Origin: the human T2T-CHM13v2.0 reference genome, Homo sapiens
NCBI RefSeq assembly: GCF_009914755.1
Contig: NC_060933.1
Length of the DNA: 64,000 bases
Strand: one strand, 5' to 3'
The translations under genes were made by a program, and so were the position numbers. Numbering within the stretch: the first letter of the stretch is position 1; every line of letters begins with the position of its first letter. The notes beneath the pieces are model-generated. The model saw only the letters and a program-made list of their open reading frames with translations, did no database searches and was not told the origin of the DNA. Positions 14,078 through 26,325 of the stretch are shown here, piece by piece.

Positions 14078-14785
14078 TCTGCTATGTATGTTCTAGGTAT
14101 TTTTATTGTTTTCTACCTCGGTGTTTTGTTTTGTTTTGTTTTTTGCTGAAAAGTATTTTTTAGATATATAAAAGTTGTATTTCTTCTGTAGTTACTACGT
14201 TTGTTCTGGTATCTTTGTGTGCTTAGAAAAACCTCTAGAGGTTATTTTGGGGTATGCTGTGAAGAAGGATCTAAATTTATTATTAATTCAAATTCTCTAA
14301 GCAGCATCTATTTCAGTAATTCTCCCCTTTTTACTTACTTGAAATGGCCCGTGAGGCCATCTCAGTCTGATTTCTACCTTGACAATCTCAAGTGGCTTCT
14401 GTCCTGCCCCTTGCGCCTTGTTCCAGCTGTGCACACACTTCCAGCACGTCCTTCCTCCCCAACCCTTTGTACGTGTGATTCCTTCTGTCTGGACAGTTTC
14501 CCTGCAGCACCCCGATGCCCACATGTATCTGACTAACCTTTACTTGTCCTTTAGTTCTTATTTAAAATAGCAGTTGTTCACATAGGCTTCTCTGACCACT
14601 CCCCCATCGTGAAAGATCTCATAGCTTTTATCATGGTTTATGATGAGAGAATTAAAACTGATGGATCCCTAGTGCCTGACACTTAATACATACTTAGCCA
14701 ATGAATTATAGCCCAATCACACATTTTGACATCTATAAGTTTGGTTGTATTTGTCTATTTCTAAAATTTCTTTAGTATTCTAGAT

Positions 14786-15075
14786 CTGCACTATCCAGTT
14801 TGGTGGCCACTGACCACAGGCGACTGTTGAGCGCATGGAATGTGGTTAGTCCAAACCGAGCCATGCTGTGTGTAAAATACACATCAGATTTCAGAGACTT
14901 AGTGTGAAAAGAATGTAAAATGTCTCAACTTTCTGATATTGATTACATGCTGCAGTGATGTATTGGGTTATATAAAATATTACTACAATTTATTTTTTTA
15001 ACTTTTAAAAAATGTAACTACTAGAAAGCATTAAATTACACATGCAGTGTCTTATATTTATGTTGGACCACAATG
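14786..15075 (-). mobile_element. MER33-like hAT-Charlie DNA transposon fossil
   Basis: Matches recalled MER33 consensus; perfect 8-bp TSD TTCTAGAT at 14778-14785 and 15076-15083. Confidence 0.85.
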
Positions 15076-15083
15076 TTCTAGAT

Positions 15084-17950
15084 GAATTTTAAAATCATTT
15101 TTTCGGATTTCTAAGAAAAGATTTCATCAGGCTATGTTATATTTATAAATTAATTTTGGGGGAGAGTGTCTCTCTTTATGGTATTGAATCATCCTGCCAG
15201 AAGCATGTTCTCTCTCTTCATTTATACAGGCTTTTGTCCATATTAAAATGAGTTGTATTTTTCTTGTTGACCCTGTTTTTTGCTTATCTTCCCCCACCCC
15301 TAGGTATTTTCTGGTTCCTGTTGCTATATTGTTGGTTGCACCTTATTGTCATTATCTTACCTGTTTTTATGTATAATTTTTTGAAACCCTCTACTTAGTA
15401 GATGCCTATTCTGACATTTTCCAAGTGATTCTCTTGGGTTTTCTCTAAATAATTTGCATATTATATCTGCATGTAATAGTAATTTTGTCTCTTTTTTAAT
15501 GGCTACTTGCCTTAATGTTACTTTGGCTAGAAGTTCTGAAATAATGTTAAGTGAGAGTCGTGATGGCAGATAACCTTGTATATCTTCCCAGGCACTGATG
15601 GGAATGACTGCACTAAAGTTTTACCAAAGTGTGCTCCAGGGAACACTCATTCTTGGGAATATTAATATGTGTACCTTGAGAGAACAGTTCCACCATTAAA
15701 TGAGTTTGCAAACTGCTGAGTTAAGCAGGATTCTTGTCCGCAGGACTTTTCTGATGGGATATTATGCTAATGTGTGTTTTAATCCCTAGGAGGTGAGGAT
15801 ATTGGGGCTAGCTATTGGGCTTGGGTTCTACTAAATGCATTTTGGGAAATGCAGACATCATGTTTCCTTTTTTTTTTTTTCCCTTCCGTCCTTCCCCCCT
15901 TCCCCCCTTCCCCCCTTCCCCCTTCCCCCTTCCCCCCTTTCCCCCTTCCCCCTTCCCCCCTTCCCCCCTCCCCCTTCCCCCCTTCCCCCCTCCCCCTTCC
16001 CCCCTTCCCCCCTTCCCCCTTCCCCCCTTTCCCCCTTCCCCCCTTCCCCCCTTCCCCCTTCCCCCCTTCCCCCTTCCCCCCTTCCCCCCTTCCCCCTTCC
16101 CCCCTTTCCCCCTTCCCCCCTTTCCCCCTTCCCCCCTTCCCCCCTTCCCCCTTCCCCCCTTCCCCCCTTCCCCCTTCCCCCCTTTCCCCCTTCCCTCTTC
16201 CCCCCTTCCCCCTTCCCCCCTTCCCCCCTTCCCCCTTCCCCCCTTTCCCCCTTCCCCCCTTTCCCCCTTCCCTCTTCCCCCCTTTCCCCCTTCCCCCCTT
16301 TCCCCCTTCCCCCCTTCCCCCCTTTCCCCCTTCCCCCCTTCCCCCTTCCCCCCTTCCCCCTTCCCCCCTTCCCCCCTTCCCCCTTCCCCCCTTCCCCCCT
16401 TCCCCCTTCCCCCCTTTCCCCCTTCCCCCCTTTCCCCCTTCCCCCTTCCCCCCTTTCCCCCTTCCCCCTTCCCCCCTTTCCCCCTTCTCCCTTCCCCCCT
16501 TTCCCCCTTCCCCCCTTCCCCCCTTTCCCCCTTCCCCCCTTTCCCCCCTTCCCCCCTTTCCCCCTTCCCCCTTCCCCCCTTTCCCCCCTTCCCCCCTTTC
16601 CCCCCTTCCCCCCTTTCCCCCTTCCCCCCTTTCCCCCTTCCCCCCTTCCCCTTCCTTCCTTCTTTTCCCTGTTAAGTATACCAACATATGCAGTGTTTCC
16701 TTTTTAAGGATGATGTTGCTATTGGTTTGTAGTAGATACACTTTATTGTATTAAGAAAGTATTGTTCTGTTTCTAGCCTATTATTTTTGCCTTACGCTGA
16801 AAGGGCATTTAACTTTTTCTCACATGCATTTTTGACATAGTATTGATTTGGTCATATGGGTTTTCTCCTGTACTTACTGATGTTGCAAATTATATTCATC
16901 TATTTATTTCTGAAGATGTAGACATCCTTACATTTGTGAAGCAGCTGTTCTTGGTCATAATATATTATTTTAATAGGTTGTATTTGCTAGCATTTCTGTT
17001 AGGACTTTAAAATCTATTTATTTAGATGAAGTAGACAGTTTTCTTCTTTCTGCTATTTGTCATCTTCTGGTATCAGATTTGTGCCATATGAACTGAGATG
17101 CTTTAAATGTTTTTACATGCATCTAGAACAGTGTGAACGGCCTGAAGATCATTTGTGCCTTGGCACTTCTGTTTCTTATTTAGTTCTGCCAATTTATGTT
17201 ATCCTAAAAATATGTTCATTTCATACAGATTTCAAATTGATTTCAATCATAAATCTAGGATAAATAAGGGCACAGTATTCCTCTTCGACTAAAATGTTTT
17301 AACTCAAATTTCGATGTGATAAAAAAAAATTCGGACATGATCTAGGCACATTTAACTGATCCTTTCCTGTGAGAGCCTTAGATTTAGTTGCACGTTGTCT
17401 TGTCTTAAAATTTAAAAATTCCGTCTGTGATTATGTGCTGTTTTTCTGTATTAGTTATTTTCCTACTGTCTTTGGGCATCATTTGTTTTTCCTTTTCTGA
17501 CCTCCTGAGTTCAGTCATTTCACTTGTTTTTAGTATTTATTGTTTAATGATAAAAACTCTTAAGGCACTGACTTTTCCTGTTACAGCTTTTTGTTGTTGT
17601 TGTTGTTTTTCGAAACTCCCAACATTTCATTTTGAAAAACCTCAAACAGAAAAGGTGAGAAAATTTCACAATAAGTGCCCAGATATCCACCATGTAGACT
17701 CTACAATTGTTAACATTTTACTGTGTTTGCTTTATCACATATCTGTCCATCTCTTTTTTGGAGATACATTCTCAAGTTGAAGACATGAGTAAACTTCACT
17801 CCTAAACCCAGATTTTACGTGTTTTCTCATTGTCTAAGTAGTTTTATTCCATTTAGATTTTTTTCTGATCTAATACTTAGGAGGTGTTTACATTTCTGTT
17901 GGTCAGGTTTTAAAATATAATTGTTAGATCTGGTTTTGTTATGTTTCTGT
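15084..17950 (-). mobile_element. Old L1M fragments (host of the C/T repeat)
   Basis: T-rich antisense L1 motifs on both sides of the repeat; L1MC-like 3' end at ~17590-17800. Confidence 0.55.
15889..16670. repeat. Pure polypyrimidine tandem repeat (CCCCCCTT/CCCCCTT/CCCCCCTTT)n, ~100 units
   Basis: 782 nt with no A or G seen on the + strand. Confidence 0.98.
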
Positions 17951-18146
17951 CAGAGGATGGAGCCGGGGCTATATATACTTAAGTAGTTCTGAGCAGTCTG
18001 GCGCTGCAGATTTTAGGCCACAGGAAGGAAACCTGTTGTAGGTGTGCCGCAGCTGTGAGCGCTAGTAGAAGGTGATTCCTTTTGATGTGTCCATCACCCT
18101 TTCACTCTTGTTGTCTAAAATAACTACTGTTTAAAAACACTGTCTT

Positions 18147-18459
<313 letters not shown>

Positions 18460-18477
18460 CTAAAATAACTCTTCACT

Positions 18478-18612
18478 GGTCGGGTGTGGCAGCTCACACT
18501 TGCAATCCTAGCACTTTGGGAAGCTGAGGTGGGAGGATCACGAGCTCAGGAGTTCAAGACCAGCCTGGGCAACATAATGAGACCTCATCTCTAATAAAAA
18601 ATAGTAATAATA
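18478..18612 (+). mobile_element. FLAM / Alu left monomer
   Basis: Monomer; TSD aataactcttcact at 18464 and 18913 brackets it together with the next Alu. Confidence 0.85.
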
Positions 18613-18950
<338 letters not shown>

Positions 18951-19136
18951 TCAGCCAAAGCAACCCAACCCAAAAGAGATATAAAGGTGTACAGAGCTGA
19001 AGGGCAAACACACAAATCAAGACAATAATACTGAAAAGGGTTTAGCTCCATTTATTGTATCCAGTGTGCTACAGAGTTGAAAAATACCAATCAGAAATAC
19101 ACAAGTAAGGTAGAACATTTTTAGATGAATTTAGTT

Positions 19137-19447
19137 TTGTTTTTGTTTTGTTTTTTTTTTTTTTTTAGAAGGAGTCTCACTCTGTCCGCTAGGCTGGGGT
19201 GCAGTGGTGTGCTCTCGGCTCACTGCAACCTCTGCCTTCTGAGGTCAAGCGATTCCCCTGCTGCAGCCTCCCAAGTAGCTGGAATTACAGGTGCACAACA
19301 CCACACCAGGCTAATTTTTGTATTTTTAGTACAGATGGGGTTTTACCATGTTGGCCAGGTTGGTTTCAAACTCCTGACCTCAAGTGATCCGCCTCCCTCA
19401 GCCTCCCAAAGTGCTGGGATTATAGGTGTAAGCCACTGCGCCTGGCC
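19137..19447 (-). mobile_element. Alu (AluS)
   Basis: Antisense Alu, TSD tgaatttagtt. Confidence 0.95.
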
Positions 19448-19823
19448 TGAATTTAGTTATTTTTCACAAAGTACTTCAAACCCTCAAAAGTACTTGAAAT
19501 GGGGAAATATTTTTCCTAAAAGGAGACCAATTTCTCAGTCAGAGCCAAAATAGTCCTACTATGTGTAAAATATTTTACTTTTGATCAAGATGAATATTAG
19601 GCAATTATGACATTAGGCTAATTGATCATTAGTTTATTTGGCTTTAGGTGAATTAACCAAAACATGAAAGACTAAAACAAGGGGAAGAATGCTTCAGGTA
19701 GATTTTAGGAGGTATGATAGCCACAATGGTATTGTTGTTGTAAGCTTGTGTTTATGCCACTTGTACTTAGTGAGGAGTCATTGGTGAATGATGCAAACTC
19801 TCTCTCTCCGCAGAGTACGCTTC

Positions 19824-21338
19824 ATGTCAGTAGAAATGGACAGCAGCAGTTTTATTCAGTTTGATGTGCCCGAGTACAGCAGCACCGTTCTGAGCCAGCT
19901 AAACGAACTCCGCCTGCAGGGGAAACTATGTGACATCATTGTACACATTCAGGGTCAGCCATTCCGAGCCCACAAAGCAGTCCTTGCTGCCAGCTCCCCA
20001 TATTTCCGGGACCATTCAGCGTTAAGTACCATGAGTGGCTTGTCAATATCAGTGATTAAAAATCCCAATGTGTTTGAGCAGTTGCTTTCTTTTTGTTACA
20101 CTGGAAGAATGTCCTTGCAGCTGAAGGATGTTGTCAGTTTTCTGACTGCAGCCAGCTTTCTTCAGATGCAGTGTGTCATTGACAAGTGCACGCAGATCCT
20201 AGAGAGCATCCATTCCAAAATCAGCGTTGGAGATGTTGACTCTGTTACCGTCGGTGCTGAAGAGAATCCCGAGAGTCGAAACGGAGTGAAAGACAGCAGC
20301 TTCTTTGCCAACCCAGTGGAGATCTCTCCTCCATATTGCTCTCAGGGACGGCAGCCCACCGCAAGCAGTGACCTCCGGATGGAGACGACCCCCAGCAAAG
20401 CTTTGCGCAGCCGCTTACAGGAGGAGGGGCACTCAGACCGCGGGAGCAGTGGGAGCGTTTCTGAATATGAGATTCAGATAGAGGGAGACCATGAGCAAGG
20501 AGACCTATTGGTGAGGGAGAGCCAGATCACCGAGGTGAAAGTGAAGATGGAGAAGTCCGACCGGCCCAGCTGTTCCGACAGCTCCTCCCTGGGTGACGAT
20601 GGGTACCACACCGAGATGGTTGATGGGGAACAAGTTGTGGCAGTGAATGTGGGCTCCTATGGTTCTGTGCTCCAGCACGCATACTCCTATTCCCAAGCAG
20701 CCTCACAGCCAACCAATGTATCAGAAGCTTTTGGAAGTTTGAGTAATTCCAGCCCATCCAGGTCCATGCTGAGCTGTTTCCGAGGAGGGCGTGCCCGCCA
20801 GAAGCGGGCTTTGTCTGTCCACCTGCACAGTGACCTGCAGGGCCTGGTGCAGGGCTCTGACAGTGAAGCCATGATGAACAACCCCGGGTATGAGAGCAGT
20901 CCCCGGGAGAGGAGTGCGAGAGGGCATTGGTACCCGTACAATGAGAGGTTGATCTGTATTTACTGTGGAAAGTCCTTCAACCAGAAAGGAAGCCTTGATA
21001 GGCACATGCGACTCCATATGGGAATCACCCCCTTTGTGTGCAAGTTCTGTGGGAAGAAGTACACACGGAAGGACCAACTGGAGTACCACATCCGGGGCCA
21101 TACAGATGATAAACCATTCCGCTGTGAGATCTGCGGGAAGTGCTTTCCATTCCAAGGTACCCTCAACCAGCACTTGCGGAAAAACCACCCAGGCGTTGCT
21201 GAAGTCAGGAGTCGCATTGAGTCCCCCGAGAGAACAGATGTGTACGTGGAACAGAAACTAGAAAATGACGCATCGGCCTCAGAGATGGGCCTAGATTCCC
21301 GGATGGAAATTCACACAGTGTCTGATGCTCCCGATTAA
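19824..21338 (+). CDS. ZBTB34: Zinc finger and BTB domain-containing protein 34 (504 aa from ATG 19824; 500 aa from ATG 19836)
   Basis: N-terminal BTB/POZ (LNELRLQGKLCD...FRAHKAVLAASSPYF); three C2H2 fingers at ~20955-21188; acceptor ctctctccgcag| at 19813/19814 makes the track start at 19788 intronic; sequence recognised as ZBTB34. Confidence 0.97.
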   Translation: MSVEMDSSSFIQFDVPEYSSTVLSQLNELRLQGKLCDIIVHIQGQPFRAHKAVLAASSPYFRDHSALSTMSGLSISVIKNPNVFEQLLSFCYTGRMSLQLKDVVSFLTAASFLQMQCVIDKCTQILESIHSKISVGDVDSVTVGAEENPESRNGVKDSSFFANPVEISPPYCSQGRQPTASSDLRMETTPSKALRSRLQEEGHSDRGSSGSVSEYEIQIEGDHEQGDLLVRESQITEVKVKMEKSDRPSCSDSSSLGDDGYHTEMVDGEQVVAVNVGSYGSVLQHAYSYSQAASQPTNVSEAFGSLSNSSPSRSMLSCFRGGRARQKRALSVHLHSDLQGLVQGSDSEAMMNNPGYESSPRERSARGHWYPYNERLICIYCGKSFNQKGSLDRHMRLHMGITPFVCKFCGKKYTRKDQLEYHIRGHTDDKPFRCEICGKCFPFQGTLNQHLRKNHPGVAEVRSRIESPERTDVYVEQKLENDASASEMGLDSRMEIHTVSDAPD

Positions 21339-24300
21339 GATGGTAAAGAAGTGCACCCAAACAAAGCACATTAATCAATGCATATTTGTGATTTGCTTTG
21401 TTGTAATCTTTGGTTTTCCCAACCATCTGGAAATCTCTTGGTCTCTTGGCAGTTTTTCTAAAGTTTCTGGATGGAACACTTCGTTGTGTTTATCCTTTCC
21501 CCTGCCCTCCCTCCCCGAAGGAGCTCAAAGCATGAAGGGCAACGCATCCAGGGAAAACACAGGCTGACAGTATTCCTCTTTGGCTGAACTCTTAATCCAA
21601 AATCTGCCAGTGATTTAGCTATGCCAACTGGTTGACCCTCCATTCTCTGCCAAGAGGCATACTCTTTCTCATTGTGTGCGCTGGCAGCAGTGCACTTCCA
21701 CGGAGGGAGATTAGGATGCCGTCAGCTGATACAAATGGGTAACCTTTTCTAATTTAAAATTCCTTTTAGGGGGTAGTTAGACAATTTATATATATATATA
21801 ATAAAACTATTATTATATATATAGTATATATACATTTTCAAATTTGATTTTATTCTGGTTGAGGTGAATGTAAGAGGAATATATAATTTAATACAATGTG
21901 AACAGGGCTTCTGAGTCTATCTCATCCCTACCTAATATGTTAGGGTTTTGCCCCTTCATTTCCCTTACAAAAGAATGTTAGTAGGTTTATATTAATCATT
22001 GTGTCCAAAAGCAAGCAAAGCAAATCACAGTGTTCACAGCTCTGCTTCATAACAAATACATAAACCAAATGCCATAAAATTTCTTCAACTCTAGTTGGAA
22101 ACCGTTTGGAATTTTTGTTAGTTGTCCAGCAGGTAAGCTGGATGACCTGTGGTGCTGACCTTTTTACATAGTGTAGTGTTATATTAGCCAACCCCAAAGG
22201 AGCAGTGGTTTTCAAGGTTTTTACTGGCCTACAAATCTACCTTCATTCCGTACTGTAGAAACATACATACCAGGTAACTAAATCGAATCACTCTCTATCA
22301 TGAGTTAGTACTCACTCGCACTTAAGGAAAGGGATTTGTAGTTCTGTCTACAAAATTCTCCAAGCAGTGTTGTGGTTTTTTTTGTTTTTGTTTTTTTTCT
22401 TTCTCTTTTCAAACAGCCAGTTCAGGTGCACAGCAACTTTTTCTACATGCAGTTCCCAGGGAAACTGCAGAACTTAGAATTTGTACTTTTTGTAAAGCTA
22501 TACTCTATGGGAATTGCAAGCAATATATCTATCTTAGTATTGTGTGTGCTAATGAGAGCCTCAGTGGCTCCCCCACTCTCTCAGTGTTTCCTGCTTAAAG
22601 AACCAACAGTTTAAAAGCCCTCTAAGATACTCTGTGTGTCACCAAATCTGTGTGTCACCATTTTTTGGTCATGTGGTGCTATTTTTGTTAAGTGTCTTTT
22701 TAGGTCAGTATAGTTGTAGAAAATGTGAAATCTGATGGTAATAATGAATTATAATTGTTTTCCTCTCTTGAGTTCATAGCTTGAAAAGAGACCTCAAAAG
22801 CATGTGCTGGCAAACACGTTACTGTATGAAAACATACCTGAGTCCATTTGAATAATGTTTTATTAGTACTTTCGGAAATGTCTTCAGTTCTGTATTGTGT
22901 TCACATACACAAACAGGCTTTACAAGATTGCTTCGGTACTGTAAACTCTGGCAGAGAGTAATTTTGTAGGCAGTTTGGTGGTGAGTTTGTGCTGCAGGCT
23001 GCCTGTGGGATGTCAGCGTTCTGGTATCTGCCTGAGAACCTGGGCTCTGAGACGCACAACCAGTGCACCTCCATAGGAGAACAGTGCAGCCACCTAAAAG
23101 AAAAACGAACGAAGGACCAGCCTCAGAGGCTAGAAGTTAAAGGAATACAGAATTAGATGTTTGCTGGTTTTCTGTGCTTTTTTGGCTCCTAAAATACCAA
23201 TGGTGGATTTGTTTTTGTTTTTGTTTTTTGTTTTGAGAAATAAAAAGTCATTCAAGCCCTTTGTGTGTAATAGCCCCCAGGGGTGGCAGCTGTGCAGTCG
23301 CATCTCTTTGGCACACAGGATCTGTTCACGTGTGAACTGCTGCGCTACACATCAGTGTTAACTCCCTACAGATTACACTCTAATCCCGCTGCTCCCGAGG
23401 AGCGGCTTTGCTAAATCGGGTATATAGTATATGCCTTTTTCCTCGTCAAACTGCCTAAGTAGGGGTTCGTTCTCTCCCTGAAGCACTTGTTCAACTCCTG
23501 TTAAAGCCGCGTGCCTCAAGGGGAGGCTGGACCCCAAGTGTTTACCCACTTAAATATGTTCTGGGGTTTCAGGTAAATGTTTGTGGGTTTTTTTTTCCTT
23601 ACATGAATAAGTTTGGTTTTGATTTTTTTTTAATTGAATGCAAAAAATTTGTGTTGTGATACAAATTAAGTTTGTGACAAGAAATGCCCAAATCCAAGGA
23701 CATAAGAGGTCAAGCTCAGGGAAGGAACCTCCTTTTCACTCAGGCTTGGGGCCTCCAGCGAGGTTTCCAGAGCATTCCATGGTATGAGAGACAGTGAGGA
23801 GGGAGGGCACCTGGCGCGGGCACTTCCAGCGTCCTGGCTCTTGGCATTGTCCGTCTTAACCTTATTTACATGGAGTTCTTTGTATTTGTGAATCTGTTTA
23901 ACTGGTTTGAGTTTACCAAAGAGTGACTTATCCAAAATTGTCTTTGACAAAAATATCCATTGCTTTGATTGTACAGTTCAGGTTCAAACATTGTAATGGG
24001 ACTGTTAAGGGGCAGAAAATTGATTGAGTTTCTCTCTAAGAATCATGATTCCACATTTTGCAAGTTCCACTTGCTCCCATTCGTGTTGCTAACACTTTAC
24101 CCTTTCCACTGCTCGCAGTGTTAAGAATGAATTCTCAAGCCATAACACAGTACTGTAAAGTTCCGCAGGGCTTCGAGGGAGGCAGCGCCTAGGCCAGCAC
24201 GGAGCTGTGTAGCCTCTCTGAGCGTTCGCACTGTCATGCTTCCCAGGGGTGTGACTGGTGAGAGATTAACTCCATTCAGATCGGGCAGCAGCAATTAATT

Positions 24301-26300
24301 GTGCCTTGCCGCATGAGGATGTGTCAGGAGGATTAACATGACCACAGAACCGAAACATTCTCTCCCTGAAGTTCACTTCACGTCTCCGCAGACGAAGTAC
24401 GCTGTGTAACTCCTTAGAGCAACTCTTTTTGGAAAGCAAAGTCCCTATTTCTGTACAGTTTTAGGTTAGGTGTTTCATTTATAACAGATGCAGAAATCAA
24501 TTAAGATAAAGTGATATGTGAAGAAATCTTTTACAGTAAAATATATCCTGAATTCATATAGGCTTGTTCATAATTGAGTCTCTTCTTGAGCTACCTTTTC
24601 AATATTAGACAATGTGAAGACAGTGACAGCGTCCTTTTCTAGAGATATTTAGCCTGTTATTACAAACTGTGAAGACAAAGAATTTTATACTTTTACTAAT
24701 GTTTGTGGTTTTAAACAGTTATTTTCATTCTAATCAGTTCTCTACCCTCTAATTTCTACTAAAGCTGTAAATACATTTAGAAATTATATTTGTAAATACA
24801 GTATATGGAGACAAGTTAATTTTTTGGTCAGTGGAAAAAGCCTCCCAACCAATTGGCCCTGCCTTGGCAGTTGTGTTTTTTGTTGTTGTTGTTGTTGTTT
24901 TAGTTTAGTTTTTTTTTTTAAACAGCAGAAAGGATACTGTCGGTTCACTGTTGAGCAGAATATACTGTAGAACGAAAATGATAATTTTTAAATCTTCCAG
25001 AGCATGAGTAAATGTCTTTTCTAATGATAGCAAATATAACCAACTCTTTGTTTTTCCCTTAGCCCAGACCATATAGACCTGCGTATTTTGTGTGTGGTTT
25101 TGTTTTTATTTTTGTTCTTACAGCCTAGACCCTAGGAAAAATTTGCAGGAACACGAAACAAGGGCTGGGGGGAAAATCATCTATGTGAATGAGCTTTACT
25201 TTAAAGAGATCAATGTATTTTATTTTATCAACTTTTTCTCTTAGTTACTGTGATTTTTGTTGTTGTTGTCCTCGTTATTGTTAAATTCTGTAATGGTTTC
25301 CTGTGAAGCCTCCACTGAAAGGGACTCAAATATGCAACACCTAAACTATTTTCCAAGGGCACATGCCCCTTGAATGGTGCTTCTAGACTGGTCAGGGTTA
25401 TTTATTAAATTTTATATATGAAAGTATTGGGGAATTATGTAAATTCTTTATATGAAACTATCTAGTTCATAAATCATAGATTTCATATTACTCAGTGCAA
25501 CTGAACTAAAAGTTCAGAAAAGTCATTCACATTGTTCCAAATTTGTAATGGTTGTCACATGTCACATGCGTCTTTTTCAGTAAGTGCCAGAGTGTTCCCA
25601 CTGTTTCTGCCCAGTGCTTGACTTCTCGGCCCGGAAGAGAACCTGCTTTCTCTGGTTTCCTTCCTGAGTCTGGCACAGACGGGGCTATTGTAGTTCTTGA
25701 TCAAGTCCTGGAGTCAGCCTTGCCTGGCTCTCCTTGTAGCAGATTCAGTCCACAGACCTCTTGCTGCCCCTCAGTGACAAGTATGCTGTGAATTCAACCT
25801 TTGGACTTGCTGCCCAAGCCTTTGGTTGCTGCCCTGACTATTGTAAGAGGTAAACTTACCTGGTTTGTTTGAGAATGACCATTTTCCTAATGTGAAAACC
25901 ATCTCTCTCACCACTTTTATTAGTAGGGCTAACATTTTTTTCCGTTATAAATGGTTGAGCAATTTGAATGACTTAACACAGTGTCATTATCTTGCAATAT
26001 AAACTGGTAACCTCACAACTCCACACTTCATCACCATATGAAGTAAATGAAGCTAGCTAAGCGGATGCTGTATCAACTAGTAACTTGCCATTAAGGATTA
26101 TTTTATAGCATGAATTTAAGACTATTTATTCAAATGATATTTTACTCTTGTATTCACTTTGTTTTAGATTTGTGACATGAATATTTCAGTGCTGCTTAAT
26201 TTTGTTCTGAATTCTTGTTTCTTGCTTGTAAATGGCTTTTTTATGGTATAAATAAAGTCAATGGACATTGCTGTTTGTAAATAAAAATGCTGCTAGAGCA
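21339..26300 (+). other. ZBTB34: ZBTB34 3'UTR (~5 kb)
   Basis: AU/U-rich, Alu-free stretch from the stop codon to tandem AATAAA signals. Confidence 0.85.
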
Positions 26301-26325
26301 AATGTGCTGTGGTCTCCCTCTGCGT
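26251..26325 (+). terminator. ZBTB34: Polyadenylation signals of ZBTB34
   Basis: AATAAA at 26251-26256 and 26280-26285, upstream TGTA motifs, downstream GT-rich tgtgctgtggtct. Confidence 0.85.

Noticed and set aside
15889-16670. SVA hexamer head or telomere-like repeat
   Set aside because: Units are C5-6T2-3, not CCCTCT or CCCTAA, and no SVA Alu-like, VNTR or SINE-R body follows.
15812-16754. Pro/Phe- and Gly/Lys/Glu/Arg-rich ORFs of ~300 aa
   Set aside because: A C/T-only or G/A-only sequence cannot contain stop codons; artefact of the repeat.
19788-19823. Track start MMQTLSLR for ZBTB34 (516 aa)
   Set aside because: Runs through the polypyrimidine tract and acceptor at 19813; the first codons are intronic.
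22631-22660. 14-bp direct repeat tctgtgtgtcacca x2 in the 3'UTR
   Set aside because: Simple slippage duplication with no evidence of function.
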